This document shows, one piece after another, positions 1 to 13,264 of a stretch of DNA of 64,000 bases. The first letter of the stretch is position 1. Every line of letters starts with the position of its first letter. The position numbers and the translations under genes are program-made. The notes under the pieces were generated by a model. That model saw only the letters and a program-made list of their open reading frames with translations. It had not been told where the DNA came from and made no database searches. Where the stretch lies: positions 144,834,001 to 144,898,000 of the forward strand of contig NC_086097.1 of the NCBI RefSeq assembly GCF_963921235.1, in the 5' to 3' direction. This stretch comes from Mobula hypostoma. Taxonomy: Eukaryota.

Positions 1-966
1 ACTTCCAAAAAACGGAGTAAGATAAATAAACTACTTTTGGATCCGATTTGATTTCATAAAAGCAAAATTTATCTGAAAGTTTGTTCTGTTGAATACCATT
101 CAATAACCTTTCACCCTGGAACATCTTAAACTTCCATTCTGAGGCAATCATCATGTTATCTCCAAATTTACACATTGTCCAGCTATCTGGAGAGCAGGAG
201 TCAAACAGATTTTCCATTGTAATTAATGTTTTTGGTAGAGTAGACCACATTTTTATTACCATCTACCTGTTATTTGGCCAATAAGCATAAAATCCTACTC
301 TTTTTATGGTGAGAAGCCATTTCAGTGTATTTTATGCATGTCTTTAAAGTTTTCCAGATCCTCTTTGTTTTGGTTCTCCCATAAGATCAAGCTATTAAAC
401 AATAAAATAGCTCTCAAAATGAATCAACACTAAGGAAACCCCTTCTATTCCCAATAGCTGCAGAGCCAATCAAGCTTTACACTGGCTACAGGCCAATTAA
501 TTCAGATCACTGTCTCGCAACATCATCTCAGACAAAAGAAAGTGTAATTATTATCAGGAAGAGACACAATTTTTTGATTAAAACCAGACTACATTGGCCA
601 TTGATTTCATCCTCCCTCTTCTCTTCTTAGCCCAATGACTGTATCAATCCAGAAGTAGAGATAGCCTTTACTTTTGTAATATACCAGAGTGGAAAACGTA
701 GTCTACAGCTACACATAAACAGTATTTCCAAAGAATTTTCTGCAGGATAATGCTGGCAAAAGTGAAATTGGTCTAAGGAAGATCTCAGTCACAGAGACTG
801 TGAGTTCTAATGCCAGCTTCATGAGGTTAATTTGCACCAACCTGAACCTTCCTGGACTGACCTTTGACTGTTAGAGTGGCCCAGCTTTGGGCTCAACAGG
901 CTTAGCCAAGAATAAGATTGGGCAATCACAAATGGAGGTTCTAAATAAGTAAGAAAGTTCCTAGTA

Positions 967-1041
967 AGCAACACACACAAAAAATGCTGGTGAACACTGC
1001 AGGCCAGGCAGCATCTATAGGAAGAGGTACAGTCCACAGGT
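967..1041 (-). mobile_element. Penelope-like element terminal (pLTR) fragment
   Basis: AGCAACACACAC..TGCTGGTGAAC..GCAGGCCAGGCAGCATCTATAGGAAGAGGTACAGTC matches the arm of the PLE copies at 13054 and 40861. Confidence 0.7.
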
Positions 1042-1059
1042 CCTAGAAAGTTTTATTTT

Positions 1060-2948
1060 TCTGTAGTACATAGCTAATGCACTGAAAATGGATCTGGAAG
1101 TAGTGGTATGTTCCTTGTATGAGATGTGGGAAATTTGGGAGACCTCCAGTCTCCATGATAACTACATCTCCACAAAGTGCATTGAGCTGCAGCTCCTTAG
1201 AGACTACGTTAAGTAACTGGAGCTGCAGCTTGATGACTTTCAGCTCATATGGGAAAATGGGGATGTGAAAGATAAGAGCTGCAGGGAGGTAGATAGCCCA
1301 AAGCTGCAGGAGGCAGGTCCTTGGGGGACTGTCAGGAGAGGTAAAGGGAACAGGCAGATAGAGCAGAGTAGCTCTGTGGCCGTTCCACTCAATAGTAAGT
1401 ACACTGCTTTGGATACTGTTGGGGGCAATACCCTGCCGGGGGAAGTACAGCAACAGGGTGTCTGGCACTGACTGGTTCTGTGGTTCAGAAGGGAAGGGGT
1501 GGGGAGAAAAGGGGAGCAGTAGAGTAGGGGATTCCATAATTAGAGGAACAGAAAGCAAATTCTGTGGATGTGGAAGAGACACCGGGACGGTATGTTGTCC
1601 CAGGTGTCAGGGTCAGGTCTACATCATTCTAAAGTAGGAATGTGAACAGCTGGAAGTCCTGGTACATACTGGTACCAACGAATAGGTAGGAAAAGGGAGG
1701 AGGCCCTAAGAGAGAATATAGGGAGTTAGGCAGAAAGCTGAAAAGCAGAATTTCAGGGCAGTAATCTCTGGATTGCTGCCTGTGCTATGTGCCAGTGAGG
1801 GTAAGAATAGGATCATTTTGGTGTTATGTAATGACCCAGATTTGATTAGGAAGCTGAAGGCAATGGCACCCTCAGGAGACAGTGATCATAATATGATAGA
1901 ATTCACCCTGCGGTTTGAGAAGGAGAAGGTAAAATCAGATGAATCAGTATTACAGTGGAGTAAAGGGAATTACAGAGGCATGAGAGAGGAGTTGGCCAAA
2001 GTTGGAAGGCAACACTATCAGGAATGATGGCAGAATAGCAGTAGCTGGTGTTTTTGCTGGAAATTTAGAAGGCACAGAATAGATCCATTCCAAGGATGAA
2101 GAACAATTCTCAAGGGATGATGAGGCAAAGCATAGGTGACAAGGGAAGTCAAGGACAGCATAAAAGCAACAGGGAGGGTGTTTAGTATAGAAAAAATAAT
2201 GGAAAGTTCAAAAATCAAAGGTGCAGCAAGACTTGGGAGTCCTCGTGCAGGATTCCCTGAAGGCTAACTTGCAGGCTGAATTGGTGATAAGGAAGGCAAA
2301 TGTAATGTGAGCATTCATTTTGAGAAGACTAAAATACAAAGGCAAGGATGTACTGCTGAGGCTTCATAAGGCATTGGGCAGACTGCATGTACTTGGAGTA
2401 TAGTGAGCAGATTAGTGCCCTTTATCTAAGGAAGGATTTGCTGGTACTGCAGAGGGTCCAGAGGAGGTTCACGAGAATTATCCCAAGAATGAAAGGGGTA
2501 ATATATGAGAATTGTTTGATGGCTGTACACCTATACTTACTGGAACTTTGATAAATAAGGGGGGTGGATTTCATTGAATTTCATCTCATTAAATGGATAG
2601 AGTGCATGTGGAGGGGATGCCTCTAATAGTGGGTGAGCATATGACCAGAGGACACAGACTCAGAATTGAGGGATGCCCATTTAGAATAGAGATGAGGAAA
2701 AAATTCTTTGGCCAGAGAATGGTGAATCTGTGAAATTTTTTGCCACAGTTGACTGCGCAAGCCAAGTCTGTGGGTATGTTTAAGTCGGAGGTTGACAGAT
2801 TCTTGATTAATCAGGGCATCAAAATTTATGGGGAGAAGACAGGAGGATGGTGTTGAGAGGGATACTATACCAGCCATGCTGGAACGGCTGTGCAGTCTCA
2901 ATGGGGCACGAGGCCTAATTCTGCTCCTAAGACTCATAGTCTTATGGT
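1060..2948 (+). mobile_element. CR1 LINE, degenerate and internally deleted (ORF1 remnant, pieces of ORF2, 3' end)
   Basis: ORF1-like VPLNSKYTALDTVGG and GDSIIRG (esterase-like). ORF2 GDSDHNMIEFTLRFEKEK. CR1-type 3' end at about 2900-2948. Confidence 0.85.
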
Positions 2949-3664
2949 ATTAATTAAGAAGAACACACCAAACAGCAGAACTAAGAATAAATCTTCTTAC
3001 CTGGTGAGAGAACATTTTATAAAATAATTCTTGAATTGCTGTAATGGTTGGGAGATTATTTGCTTCTTCAGGTCAGTCAACTGAAGCTTCCAAGGGCAAA
3101 ATTAATATTCTAATTAGTGAGGGGTATGAAGCCATATGAATTAAAGGTGATAATCTATTTTGAAAGTTTAAAGTAGCTTGGATAGTGATATGCTGTTCAC
3201 ATGCTCAATTTCAAATTTCTTTATGATATGAACTCCCCCTTCTTCTGTAAACTTTCCTCCCATCTAACATTCCCTAATCTTTCTTCAGTTCACCAATAGA
3301 AGCCATGCCTTTAATTTACAGGCCCTATTTTCCAGAATTTCATCCTTAAAGCCATCTATAAGCCACTTCTTTAAGCTTATTTTAAACCAAATTTTATGAT
3401 GAAATTTCAATCAGACCTCCTAATATATTTTTCATGGACTTTGTCTTGATTTTTATCCAATGAAGCACACCGGGAACACTTTTACAATAAGTTTATTAAA
3501 CTATTACTGTACTTGTTTTATCACATGGCTGAAAGTTTTGTGAGGCCAAGTGAAAATCATTGAAGCCTGTGCAAAACCCTTAACGGTAATCCTTGATTAC
3601 TCCTGGGAGCTGGGAGATTCAAAGTCTACAGAGCTAATTTGTTATATTAAGTGACATAGGGTGA

Positions 3665-4012
3665 TAGAGCCATAGAGAGATGTAGCATAGTAACACACCC
3701 TTTGACCCACTGAGCCCACACCAACCATTAACCACGCATTTCCACTTATCCTTCAATAATCTCATTTTCTTATTCTCGCCACATTCCTATCAGCCCCACC
3801 CCAGATTCTACCACTCAGCTTCACACAAGATGCAATTAACCAAACAACCCACACATCTTTGGGATGTGGGAGGAAACCAAAGCATTGGAGGGAGTCCACA
3901 GCGTCACAGCGATAATGTGCAAACTCTCCACTGGCTGTCTTTGAGGTCGGAATTGAACTTGGCTCTCTGCTGCTGTGAGGCAATGCCTCTAGTTGCTGTG
4001 GCACTGTGCCAC
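3665..4012 (-). mobile_element. tRNA-derived SINE (V-SINE/HE1-like) with CR1-like tail
   Basis: Minus-strand head with B-box-like AGTTCAATTCC. Body TGTGGGAGGAAACC on plus. CR1-like tail at 3665-3720. Confidence 0.6.
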
Positions 4013-4399
4013 TCAGCATGTAATTACACATCCAGTTTTTAGGAGTTGCTGCTTTTTATTTACCTTTTTGGTATTCCCACAAATCAAAAATTTTCTATTT
4101 GTATTTATTTATTCATATCATGTGTGCTTTTTCTCTCCCCAGTACACAAGAAAATGATGGTGAACCACCTTCTTGGACGGTGGCACTCTTTGTGGTGAAG
4201 CACTCCTACAGTGCTGATGGATAGTGGCTTCCGGTAATTTGAACCATTGCCAGTATAAGAATGGCAATGTATCTTTGGGTCAGAAGATCAGGACAGTTTT
4301 TGACAAAGAGGAAATTGGAGATGGTGTTGTTCCCGTATGTTTGCTGTCCATATAATTCTGCTAAAATAAGGCAACATACTGCTCACATTCCCCTTCACC

Positions 4400-5465
4400 A
4401 GAACTGCAGGGTTCTATTTCTAGCATTCCTGCCCTGACCCCTTCCCCTTGAATCCATAACAAGGATAGGGTCCCTCTTGCCTTCACCCTCTAACCCATCC
4501 AGAGGATCGACCTTAGTAAATTCCAGTGCCTGCAATTAGATTGCATCATCAGACATGTTTTTCCATCTCTCAGCTTTCAGGATTCCAAACAAAACATTCC
4601 TTCTGTAACTACCTGTTTATTTTCCACCTAGACCAACAAACACTTCAATCCTCAGCGTACTTTCCCATGCTACTGTAAAAGATGCAAGACTTGCCATTTT
4701 ACCTCTTCCCTTCACGTAATTCAGGGACCCAAACGCAAAGTAAGGCAGCGTTTTTTTCCCAATTGCATTCAGTACTCACAATTTAGTCTCCTTTACAATG
4801 ATAAAAAGTCATGGATTGAGTGACCTTTTGCAGAATAACTCCACCCTGTCTGCAATGGTGATACCTGTCATTTTTTTCCTCCATCCTCTCCTATTAAGAG
4901 TTCTCTACCTTTGGCCTCTTCCCCTGTTCCAATAAAGACCAATCTAAATCCAAGTTACACCATCTCCTCTTCCATCCAAGCAGGCTGCAGCTCTCAATGT
5001 TCAGTATCATATCAGGTAACCAGCCTTTTTGAATTTGCATCAGAATGAGCCAGTTGTGATCCAGGGCCATCAGTTTGTAAAGTTAACTTTATTTTCTCTT
5101 TCTAATGATGCTACCCAACTAGATGAGCATTTCTAACATTTTCTTTTATAGCAGGTTTCCAGCAACTGCTTTCTCCTATCAGCCTATCAGCTCTTTTTAA
5201 CCTCTCCACCACCTCACACACTCACCTCCTCTGCAAATTAAACCGCATTTCTTTCCCTCATTTTTCCCAGTCAATGAAAGACCATTGACTTGAACTATTA
5301 ATTCTACTTATCTATCTACAGAAGCAAAAACAGAAAATGATGGAAAAACTCAGTGGGTCCCATAAGTCGATGGTTTCTCCTTCCACATACACTGATTTGC
5401 TGAGTGCTTCCGGCACTTTCTGGTTTTGTTTCAAATTCCAGCATCTGCCGTTTTCTGACTTTCTC
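4400..5465 (+). mobile_element. Old Penelope-like element (C-terminal coding remnant and pLTR tails)
   Basis: AACAAGGATAGGGTCCCTCTT reads NKDRVPL. Decayed Cys-rich/GIY-YIG region. Tail ATTCCAGCATCTGC at about 5435. Confidence 0.6.
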
Positions 5466-6890
5466 CATAGTTTCTAGCTGACCTGCTCAGTGGTTCTGCC
5501 TTTTCTGTTTCTAATCCATTGTGTAATGAATCATTGGGGTTGGGAGTTGCTGTTAGAGAAGCTGTAGCAAGGCACAATTGTGATCTACATTGTCCTGAAT
5601 GGCATGGGGTATCCCTAGCATATAGAATATTGCTGTGCATGCGTTTATTCATGGGCATAGATACATCATGTTGAAAGTTGGTATTTCATTTTCAGATGTG
5701 ACTGAGACTGGCCTCTGGCATGTTCTTTGACACTGCTCATTGAACCAGGGTTATAAACTCTTGGCTTGAATCTTACAGTAAGCTGGCAAACACGTCAGAC
5801 TGTGAGGTTACAGGCTATGTTGGTATACAATTCTGCTGCTGTTTTAGTCCATGTCACCTTATTGGCACCCAGTTTTTAGCTGTTAGACTTGTCCTGGATC
5901 TAAGCCACTTAACATCTTGGTAGTGCCGCTAAGTTACAGCAGCCCAGGTGTTCCTGCAAATAATAATGGCATAATTAATTTAGTGCAATCATGAAATAGA
6001 CAAAGCTCGGACTGAGGGCAAGTGGTAAAAGAGTAAGTTTATTGCTCAGCGTCAATATATCCTTTCCTGAAACAACATTACAAATAATTAAATGCATTGA
6101 CTGATTCACATTTGGCAGGACGGTGCTAGCTAAACACCCATATGTGATCGCGGCCAAGAATAACTGCACCAAGTGGATGAACTGAACCAACTCAAACCTC
6201 AAACAAACTGTTTATTGGTTTAGATGAGTGTTCTTTATTCAGTAACTAAATGAAATTATGCTTGGGGGTTGCAATGATCAGCCAACAACCAAGTACATCA
6301 CTGTGTAATGAGCCTCAGGCTCCAAGATGCATCTCTGTGCCATCATATAAAGATCTGATATCTATTATTTATATTTTTCTTTCTATTGCATCACACAGCA
6401 TCTGTCACACATTAGATATTACAGATCAAATTTTTAATTGGCTAAAATACAAAAAAATACTTCAATTTCTTTGATGTCTCTATCCAAGGTCAGTTTGGAG
6501 TTTCCAATCAAGATTCTCCAATTCTTTTTTCTCCCAATCAAGTGAATTCCATGGCGGAAAACGAGAGCTACCTATGAGGTGCGTATTAGGAAACAGAAAA
6601 AACAATTGCTAATCATATGGAGGAGACTGACAGCTTTTAGTGACATAAAGAAGAAATAATTGATTGCTTTAGAGTTAGTGAAAGAAATAAAGCACCGATT
6701 GAGAGTTATTTAAAAAAGTAAAGGAACAGCAAATAATGAAGTACATGAGGGAAAATACTATTCTGCCAGTGAGTTCTAAGGAGGAGACAATTTGGTAGTT
6801 AATTATGTGGAGGAAAAAGGAGGCTTCTTGTGAGCTGCAAAAGGAAATACATAGCTGATGGTAAATTACATGAAAGAGAAAGGAAATTAG

Positions 6891-7611
6891 ACCATAAAAC
6901 ATAGGAGCAAAATTAGGCCATTTGGCCCATTGAATCTGCTCCACCATTCAATCATAGCTGATCATTTTTTAACCCCCTCAGCCCCACTCCCCGACCTTCT
7001 CCCTGTAACCTTTGATGCCATGTCCCATCAAGAACCTATCAATCTCTGCCTTAAATACATTCAGCGACCTGGCCTCCACAGCTCCCTATGGTAACAAGTT
7101 ACACAAATTCACCACCCTATGGCTAAACCAATTTCTCCGCATCTCTGTTTTGAATGGATGCCCCTGTATCTTGAGGCTGAGCCCTCCTGTCCGAGAAATC
7201 CCCCACCATGGGAAACATCCTTTCCACATCTACTTTGTCTAGGCCTTCCAACATTCGAAAGGTTTCAATGAGATTCCCCTTCATCCTTCTAAATTCCAGT
7301 AGCACAGACCCAGAGCCATCAAACATTCCTCATATGATAACCCTTTTACTGCTAGAGTCATCCTTGTGAACCTCCTCTAAAACCTCTCCAATGCCAACAG
7401 ATCTTTTCTTAGATGAGGAGCCCAAAGCTGTTCATAATACTCAAGGTGAGACCTCACCAGTGCCTTATAAAGCCTCAGCATCTCATCCCTGTTTTTGTAT
7501 TCTAGACCTCTTGAAATGAATGCTAAGATTGCATTTGCCTTCTTCAATATCGACTCAATCTGCAAGTTAACCTTTAGGGTGTTATATACAAGAACTCCCA
7601 AGTCCCTTTGC
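6891..7611 (-). mobile_element. Older CR1 LINE, 3' part (split by the insertion at 7612-10443)
   Basis: Minus-strand peptides QRDLGVLV..KKANAILAFISRGLEYK..HLEY and RRMKGNLIETF. The sequence resumes in register at 10444. Confidence 0.9.
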
Positions 7612-10443
7612 ATTAGAAATAAAGTGGATGACCTTGCTGCACAGCTGCAGGTTAAAAGATGTGGCCATCACCGAGTCATGGCTAAATGATGGATGTGATT
7701 GGGAGCTGAATATCCAAGGATACACAGTGTATAGGAAAGATAGGAAGGTAGGTAAAGGGGGTGGCGTGGCCCTGATGGTAAGTAACGATATCAAATCAAT
7801 AAAAAGAAGGGACATAGAATCAGAAAAGGTAGGATTAAGAAATGGCAAGGGTAAAAAGACACTAATAGCAGTTATATACAGGCCTCCAAACAGCAGCCGG
7901 GATGTGGACTACAAGTTGCAGCTGGAAATAGAAAAAGCGTTTCAGAAGGAAAATGTCAAGATAATTATGGGAGATTTTAATATGAAAGTGGATTGGGAAA
8001 GTCAGGAAGGAATGGATCTCAGGAGAGGGAGTTTGTAGAATGCCTACAGGATGGCTTTTTGGAGCAGCTTGTCCAGAAGCCCATCAGGGGACTGGTTGTT
8101 TTGGACTGGGTGCTGTGTAATGAACCTGAGATGATTAGGGAGCTGGAGGTAAAGGAACCCCTTGGAAGTAGTGATCATAATATGATTGAGTTCAGTTTCA
8201 AATTTGAAAAGGAGAAGCTAGTATCAGGTGTATCGATATTTCAGTGGAACAGGGGAAATTACAGTGGTATGAGAGAGGAACTGGCCCAAGTCGATTGGAA
8301 AAGTAAACTAAATGGAGGGACGGCAGAGCAGAATTGGATGAAATTCCTACAAGAAATAAGGAAAATGCAGGAAAAATATATTCCAAGAAAAAAGAAAATC
8401 ATGAATAGAAAAATGGCACAAATGTGGCTAACGAGAGAGGTTAAGGCAAAAATCAAAGCAAAAGAAACGGTGTACAAGGAAGCAAAAATTAGTGGGAAAA
8501 ATGAGGACTGGAAGACTTTTAAAAACTTACAGAAAGAAACTAAGAAAGTCATTAGGAAAGAAAAGTTGAATTATGAAAGGAAGTTGGCGATTAACATAAA
8601 AAAGGATACTAAGAGTTTTTTTAAATATATGAAGAGTAAAAGAGTGACAAGGGTAGATACGGGACCGAATGAAAATGATGCTGGAGAAATTATGATGGAT
8701 AACAAAGAGATGGCAGAGGAACTGAATGAGTATTTTGCATCAGTCTTCACGATGGAAGACATGAGCAATATACCTGATAGCCAGAGGTATCAGGGAATAG
8801 AATTAGGTACAGTCAAGATTACTAGAGAGAAAGTGCTTGGGAAGCTAAGTGGACTAAGAATAGATAAGTCTCCCAGTCCAGATGAGGTGCACCCAAGGGT
8901 TCTGAAGGAGGTGGCTTTGGAGATTGTGGAAGCATTGGAAATGATCTTCCAGGAATCAACAGACTCTGGCATGGTTCCGGAGGACTGGAAGGTTGCAAAT
9001 GTAGTTCCACTATTTAAGAAAGGAAGGAGGCAGCAAAAAGAAAATTACAGACATATTAGTCTGACATCGGTAGTTGGAAAGATATTGGAGTCAATCCTCA
9101 AGGACGCGGTTATGAAATACCTCAAGGTGCATGACAAGATAGGCCGAAGCCAGAAGGGAAGATCCTGCCTCACCAACCTATTGGAATTTTTTGAGGTAAT
9201 CTCGAATAAGATTGACAAGGGAGAGGCTGTGGATGTTGTGTATTTGGATTTTCAAAAGGCCTTCGATAAGGTGCCGCATATGAGGCTGCTTAATAAGATG
9301 AGAGCCCATGGAATTATAGGAAAGGTATTGGAATGGGTGGAGCATTGGCTGATAGGCAGAAAGCAAAGGGTGGGAATAAAGGGATCCTATTCTGATTGGT
9401 TGCCGGTTACTAGTGGTGTTCTGCAGGGGTCGGTGTTGGGGCCACTTCTTTTTACGATGTATATCGATGATTTGGATTATGGATTAAATGGTTTTGTGGC
9501 TAAGTTTGCGGATGACACCAAGATGGTTGGAGGAGCAGGAAATGTTGAAGAAATGGAAAGGTTGCAGAGAGACTTAGTTAGTTTAGGAGAGTGGGCAAAG
9601 AAATGGCAGATGAGATACAACGTTGACAAATGTACAGTTGTACATTTTGGAAGAAGAAATAATCGGGCAGATTATTATTTAGATGGGGAGAAAATTCAAA
9701 AATCGGAGGTGCAAAGGGACTTTGGGGTCCTCGTGCAGGATACCCTAAAGACTAACCACCAAGTTGGATCGGCGGTAAGGAAAGCGAATGCTATGTTGGC
9801 ATTCATTTCAAGAGGAGTAGTGTATAAGAGTAAGGAGGTGTTGATGAGGCTCTATGGGGCATTAGTGAGACCTCATTTGGAATACTGTGTGCAGTTTTGG
9901 GCCCCCTATCTTAGAAAGGATGTACTGATGTTGGAGAGAGTTCAGAGAAGATTTACGAGGATGATTCCTGGAATACAGGGGCTAACATATGAGGAGCGTC
10001 TGTCGGCTCTTGGACTGTATTCATCAGAGTATAGAAGAATGAGAGGGGATCTCATAGAAACGTTTCGAATGTTGAAAGGGTTGGACAGAGCAGATGTGGA
10101 AAGGTTGTTTCCCTTGGTGGGTGAGTCCAGGACAAGAGGCCATAGTCTTAGAATTAGAGGGTACCCAGTTAAAACAGAGATGAGGAGAAATTTTTTTAGC
10201 CAGAGGGTCGTGGATTTGTGGAATTCGTTGCCACATACTGCTGTGGAGGCCTGATCATTGAGGGTGTTTAAGGAGGAGATTGACAGGTATCTAATTAGTC
10301 AGGGTATCAAGGGATATGGGGAAAAAGCCGGAAATTGGAACTAGGTGGGTGAATAGTTTAGCTCATGGGGGGCTGCAGAGCAGACTCGATGGGCCAAATG
10401 GCCTACTTCTGCTCCTTTGTCTTGTGATCTTGTGATCTTGTGA
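7612..10443 (+). mobile_element. Young 5'-truncated CR1 LINE (almost the whole ORF2 plus 3' UTR)
   Basis: APE endonuclease motifs (VAITESWL, GGGVAL, YRPP, MGDFN, SDH), an RT domain, and a (TCTTGTGA)x3 tail at 10420-10443. Confidence 0.95.
7993..10254 (+). pseudogene. CR1 ORF2 (endonuclease C-terminus and reverse transcriptase), 753-aa open frame
   Basis: YLDFQKAFDKV, QGSVLGPLLF, KFADDTK. Frameshifted from the upstream APE part (7628-8038). Lacks the HGFL seen in the neighbouring CR1. The TGA at 10252 looks premature, since the frame continues to TAG at 10344. Confidence 0.92.
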
Positions 10444-12950
10444 ACTCAGATGTTTGGATTTTCTCCCTTGATAGAAAATAGTCTACACATTTATTTCTAC
10501 TACCAAAATGCATAACCATGCATTTTCCAACGTCGTATTTCATTTGCCACTTTCTTGCCGTCTCCTAATCTGTCAAAGTCCCTCTGTAGCCTACCTGTTT
10601 CCTCAACACTACTCGCCCCTCCACCAATCTTCACATCATTTGCAAACTTGGTAACAAAACCATCTATTCCATCATCTAAGTCACTGATATACAGCATAAA
10701 ACAAAGTGGACCCAACAACTTCAGAACACCATTAGTCACTGGCAGCCAACCAGAAAAGGATCCTTTTATTCCCACTTGCATCCTCCTACCAATCAGCCAA
10801 TATTCTAACCATGCCATTACTTTTCCTGTGACGCTATGGGCCCTTAACTTGGTAAGCAGTCTCATGTATGGCACTCTGTCAAAGGCCTTCTGAAAGTCCA
10901 AATATACAACATCCACTGCATTCCCTTTATCTATCTTACGTGTGATCTCCTCAAAGAATTCCAACAGGTTCTTCAGGCAAGATTTTCCCTTAAGGAAACC
11001 ATGCTGATGTTGTCCTATCTTCTCCTGAGTCACCAAGCACTCCATAACCTCATTCTTAACAATTGTCTTCAACATCTTCCCAACCACTGGGGTCGGGTTG
11101 ACTGGTCTATACTTTCCTTTCTGCTGCCTTCCTCCTTTCTTAAAGAGTGGAGTGACATTTGCAATTTCCAGTCCACTGGCACCATGACAGAGTCCAATAA
11201 TTTTTGAAAGATCATTGCTAATGCCTCCACAATCACTACCACTACCTTTTCCACATCCCTAGCGTGCAGCTCATTTGGTCAGGAGACTTATATACCCTTA
11301 GGTCTTTCAGCTTTTTGAGCACTTTCTCCCTTGTAATAGTAACTGCACCGACTTTTCTTCCTTCATACACTACAACATCTGGCACACTGCTTGCGTCTTC
11401 CGCAGTGAAGACTGATGCAAAATGCTCATTTAGTTCTTCTGCCACCTCCTATCCTGTGTTATTCTTTCTCCAGCCTCAGTTTTTGGTGGTCCTATACCCA
11501 TTCTTATCTCTCTTTTATTTTTTACATACTTGAAAAAGCTTTTACTATCCCACTTTGAAATTGTTTGCTAGCTTACTTTCATAGTTAATCTTTTCCCTCC
11601 TAATGATTCTTTTAATTGCTCTCTGTAGGATTTTGAAAGCTTCCTAATCCTCTATTTCCCCTCTAAATTTTGCTTTGTTGTACGCCTTCTCTTTAGTTTT
11701 TACGTTAACTTTCACTTCCCTTGTCAGCCACGATTGTACTATTTTGCCATTTGAGTATTTTTTTTCATTCTTGGAATACACTTTCCTCATATTTCCCAGA
11801 AGCTCATGCCATTGCTACTCTGCTGTCATCTCTGGCAGTATCTCCTTCCAATTTACTTTGGCCTACTCCTCTCTCATATCACTGTAATTTCCTTTACTCC
11901 ACTGAAATACTGTTACGTTAGACCTTACTTTATCACTATCAGATTTCAAGTTGAACTCAGTCATATTGTGATCACTGTCTCCTAAGTGTTCTTTTACCTC
12001 AAGCTCACTAATCACCTCTGGTTTGTTACATAACATCCAAATCGGTATCGCTGATCCCCTAGTAGGCTCAATGACAAACTGCTCTAAAAAACATCTCATA
12101 GGCATTCAACAAATTCACTCTCTTGAGATCCATTACCAACCAGATTTTCACAATCAAGCTGCATGTTAAAATCTCTCATGACTGCCCTTTTGACATGCCT
12201 TTTCTACGTCCCTTTGTAACCTGTGGTCCACTTCCCAGCTGCTGCTAGGAGGCTTGTATATAACTGTTATCAGGATCCTTTTACCCTTGCAGTTTCTTAA
12301 CTCAACCCACAAGGATTCAACATCTTCCGATCCTATGTCACTGATTTAATGCCATTTTTTACCAGCAGAGCCAAATCACCTCATTTGCCTGCCTTCCTAT
12401 CCCTCAGATACAATATGTAATCTTGGGCATTCAGCTCCCATCTACAAACATCCTTCAGCCACGATTTAGTGATGGCCACAACATCATCCCTGACAATCTG
12501 TAAAAGTGCGACAAGATCATCCACCTTATTTCTCATACTCAGTGCATTGAGACGTAACACTTTGTTTATTGTATTTGCTACCCTTTTTGATTCTGCGTCC
12601 TTAATGCACTGATACTCACCCTGCTGGCTATAATTTTGTCCTATCATCTGCCTACCCTTCCACGCTGTCTTTGCTTTTTGACCATCCGTCCTTTCCTGCA
12701 TACTGTCACTCCAGTTCTCACCCCCATGCCAAATTAGTTTAAACCCTCCCTAACAGATCTAATAAATCTGCCTGCGAGAATATCGGTCGCCCTCAGGTTC
12801 AAGTGTAACCCATCACTTTTGTACAGGTCATAACTCCCCGAGAAAAGACCTCAATGATCCAGGAACCTGAGGCCCTGCCCCTTGCACCAGCTTCTCAGCC
12901 TCACATTTATCTGCCAGATCATCCTGTTTCCACCCGCACTGGCAATTGGT
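10444..12950 (-). mobile_element. Older CR1 LINE, 5' part (RT, APE and ORF1 remnant)
   Basis: Broken ORFs QHGFLKGKSCL..YLDFQKAFD, LGDSDHNM and NALSMRNKVDDL..VAITKSWL. Confidence 0.92.
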
Positions 12951-13053
12951 AGTAATTTACGCAGCGGCTACTGTCAACTAGTCATAATCTAGGTCGAAAA
13001 TGGTAACTAATGAGTTAAATGCAGCACTAAGAAAATAAACATAGAAATAGTTA

Positions 13054-13264
13054 AGCAACATACATCAAAGTTGCTGGTGAACGCAGCAGGCCAAGCAGCA
13101 TCTATAGGAAGAGGCACAGTCGACGTTTCAGTCCTGACAAAGGATCTCGGCCTGAAACGTCGACTGCGCCTCTTCCTATAGATGCTGCTTGGCCTGCTGC
13201 GTTCACCAGCAACTTTGATGTATGTTGCTTGAATTTCCAGCATCTGCAGAATTCCTGTTGTTTG
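13054..13264 (+). mobile_element. 211-bp palindromic mini-Penelope insertion with 14-bp TSD
   Basis: TSD CATAGAAATAGTTA at 13040-13053 and 13265-13278. Inverted arms 13053-13131 and 13152-13230. About 35 nt of unpaired 3' extension. Confidence 0.9.
13129..13166 (+). ncRNA. Minimal type I hammerhead ribozyme motif with a mutated core (probably inactive)
   Basis: CAGTC-CTGACAA-AGG(ATCTCGG)CCT-GAAA-CGTC-GACTG. G8 of CUGANGA is replaced by A. Confidence 0.7.

Noticed and set aside
2995..3085. Possible minus-strand exon (AG..CAG/GTAAG; reads LTDLKKQIISQPLQQFKNYFIKCSLT)
   Set aside because: Weak acceptor, unrecognised peptide and no partner exons. It needs RNA-seq evidence.
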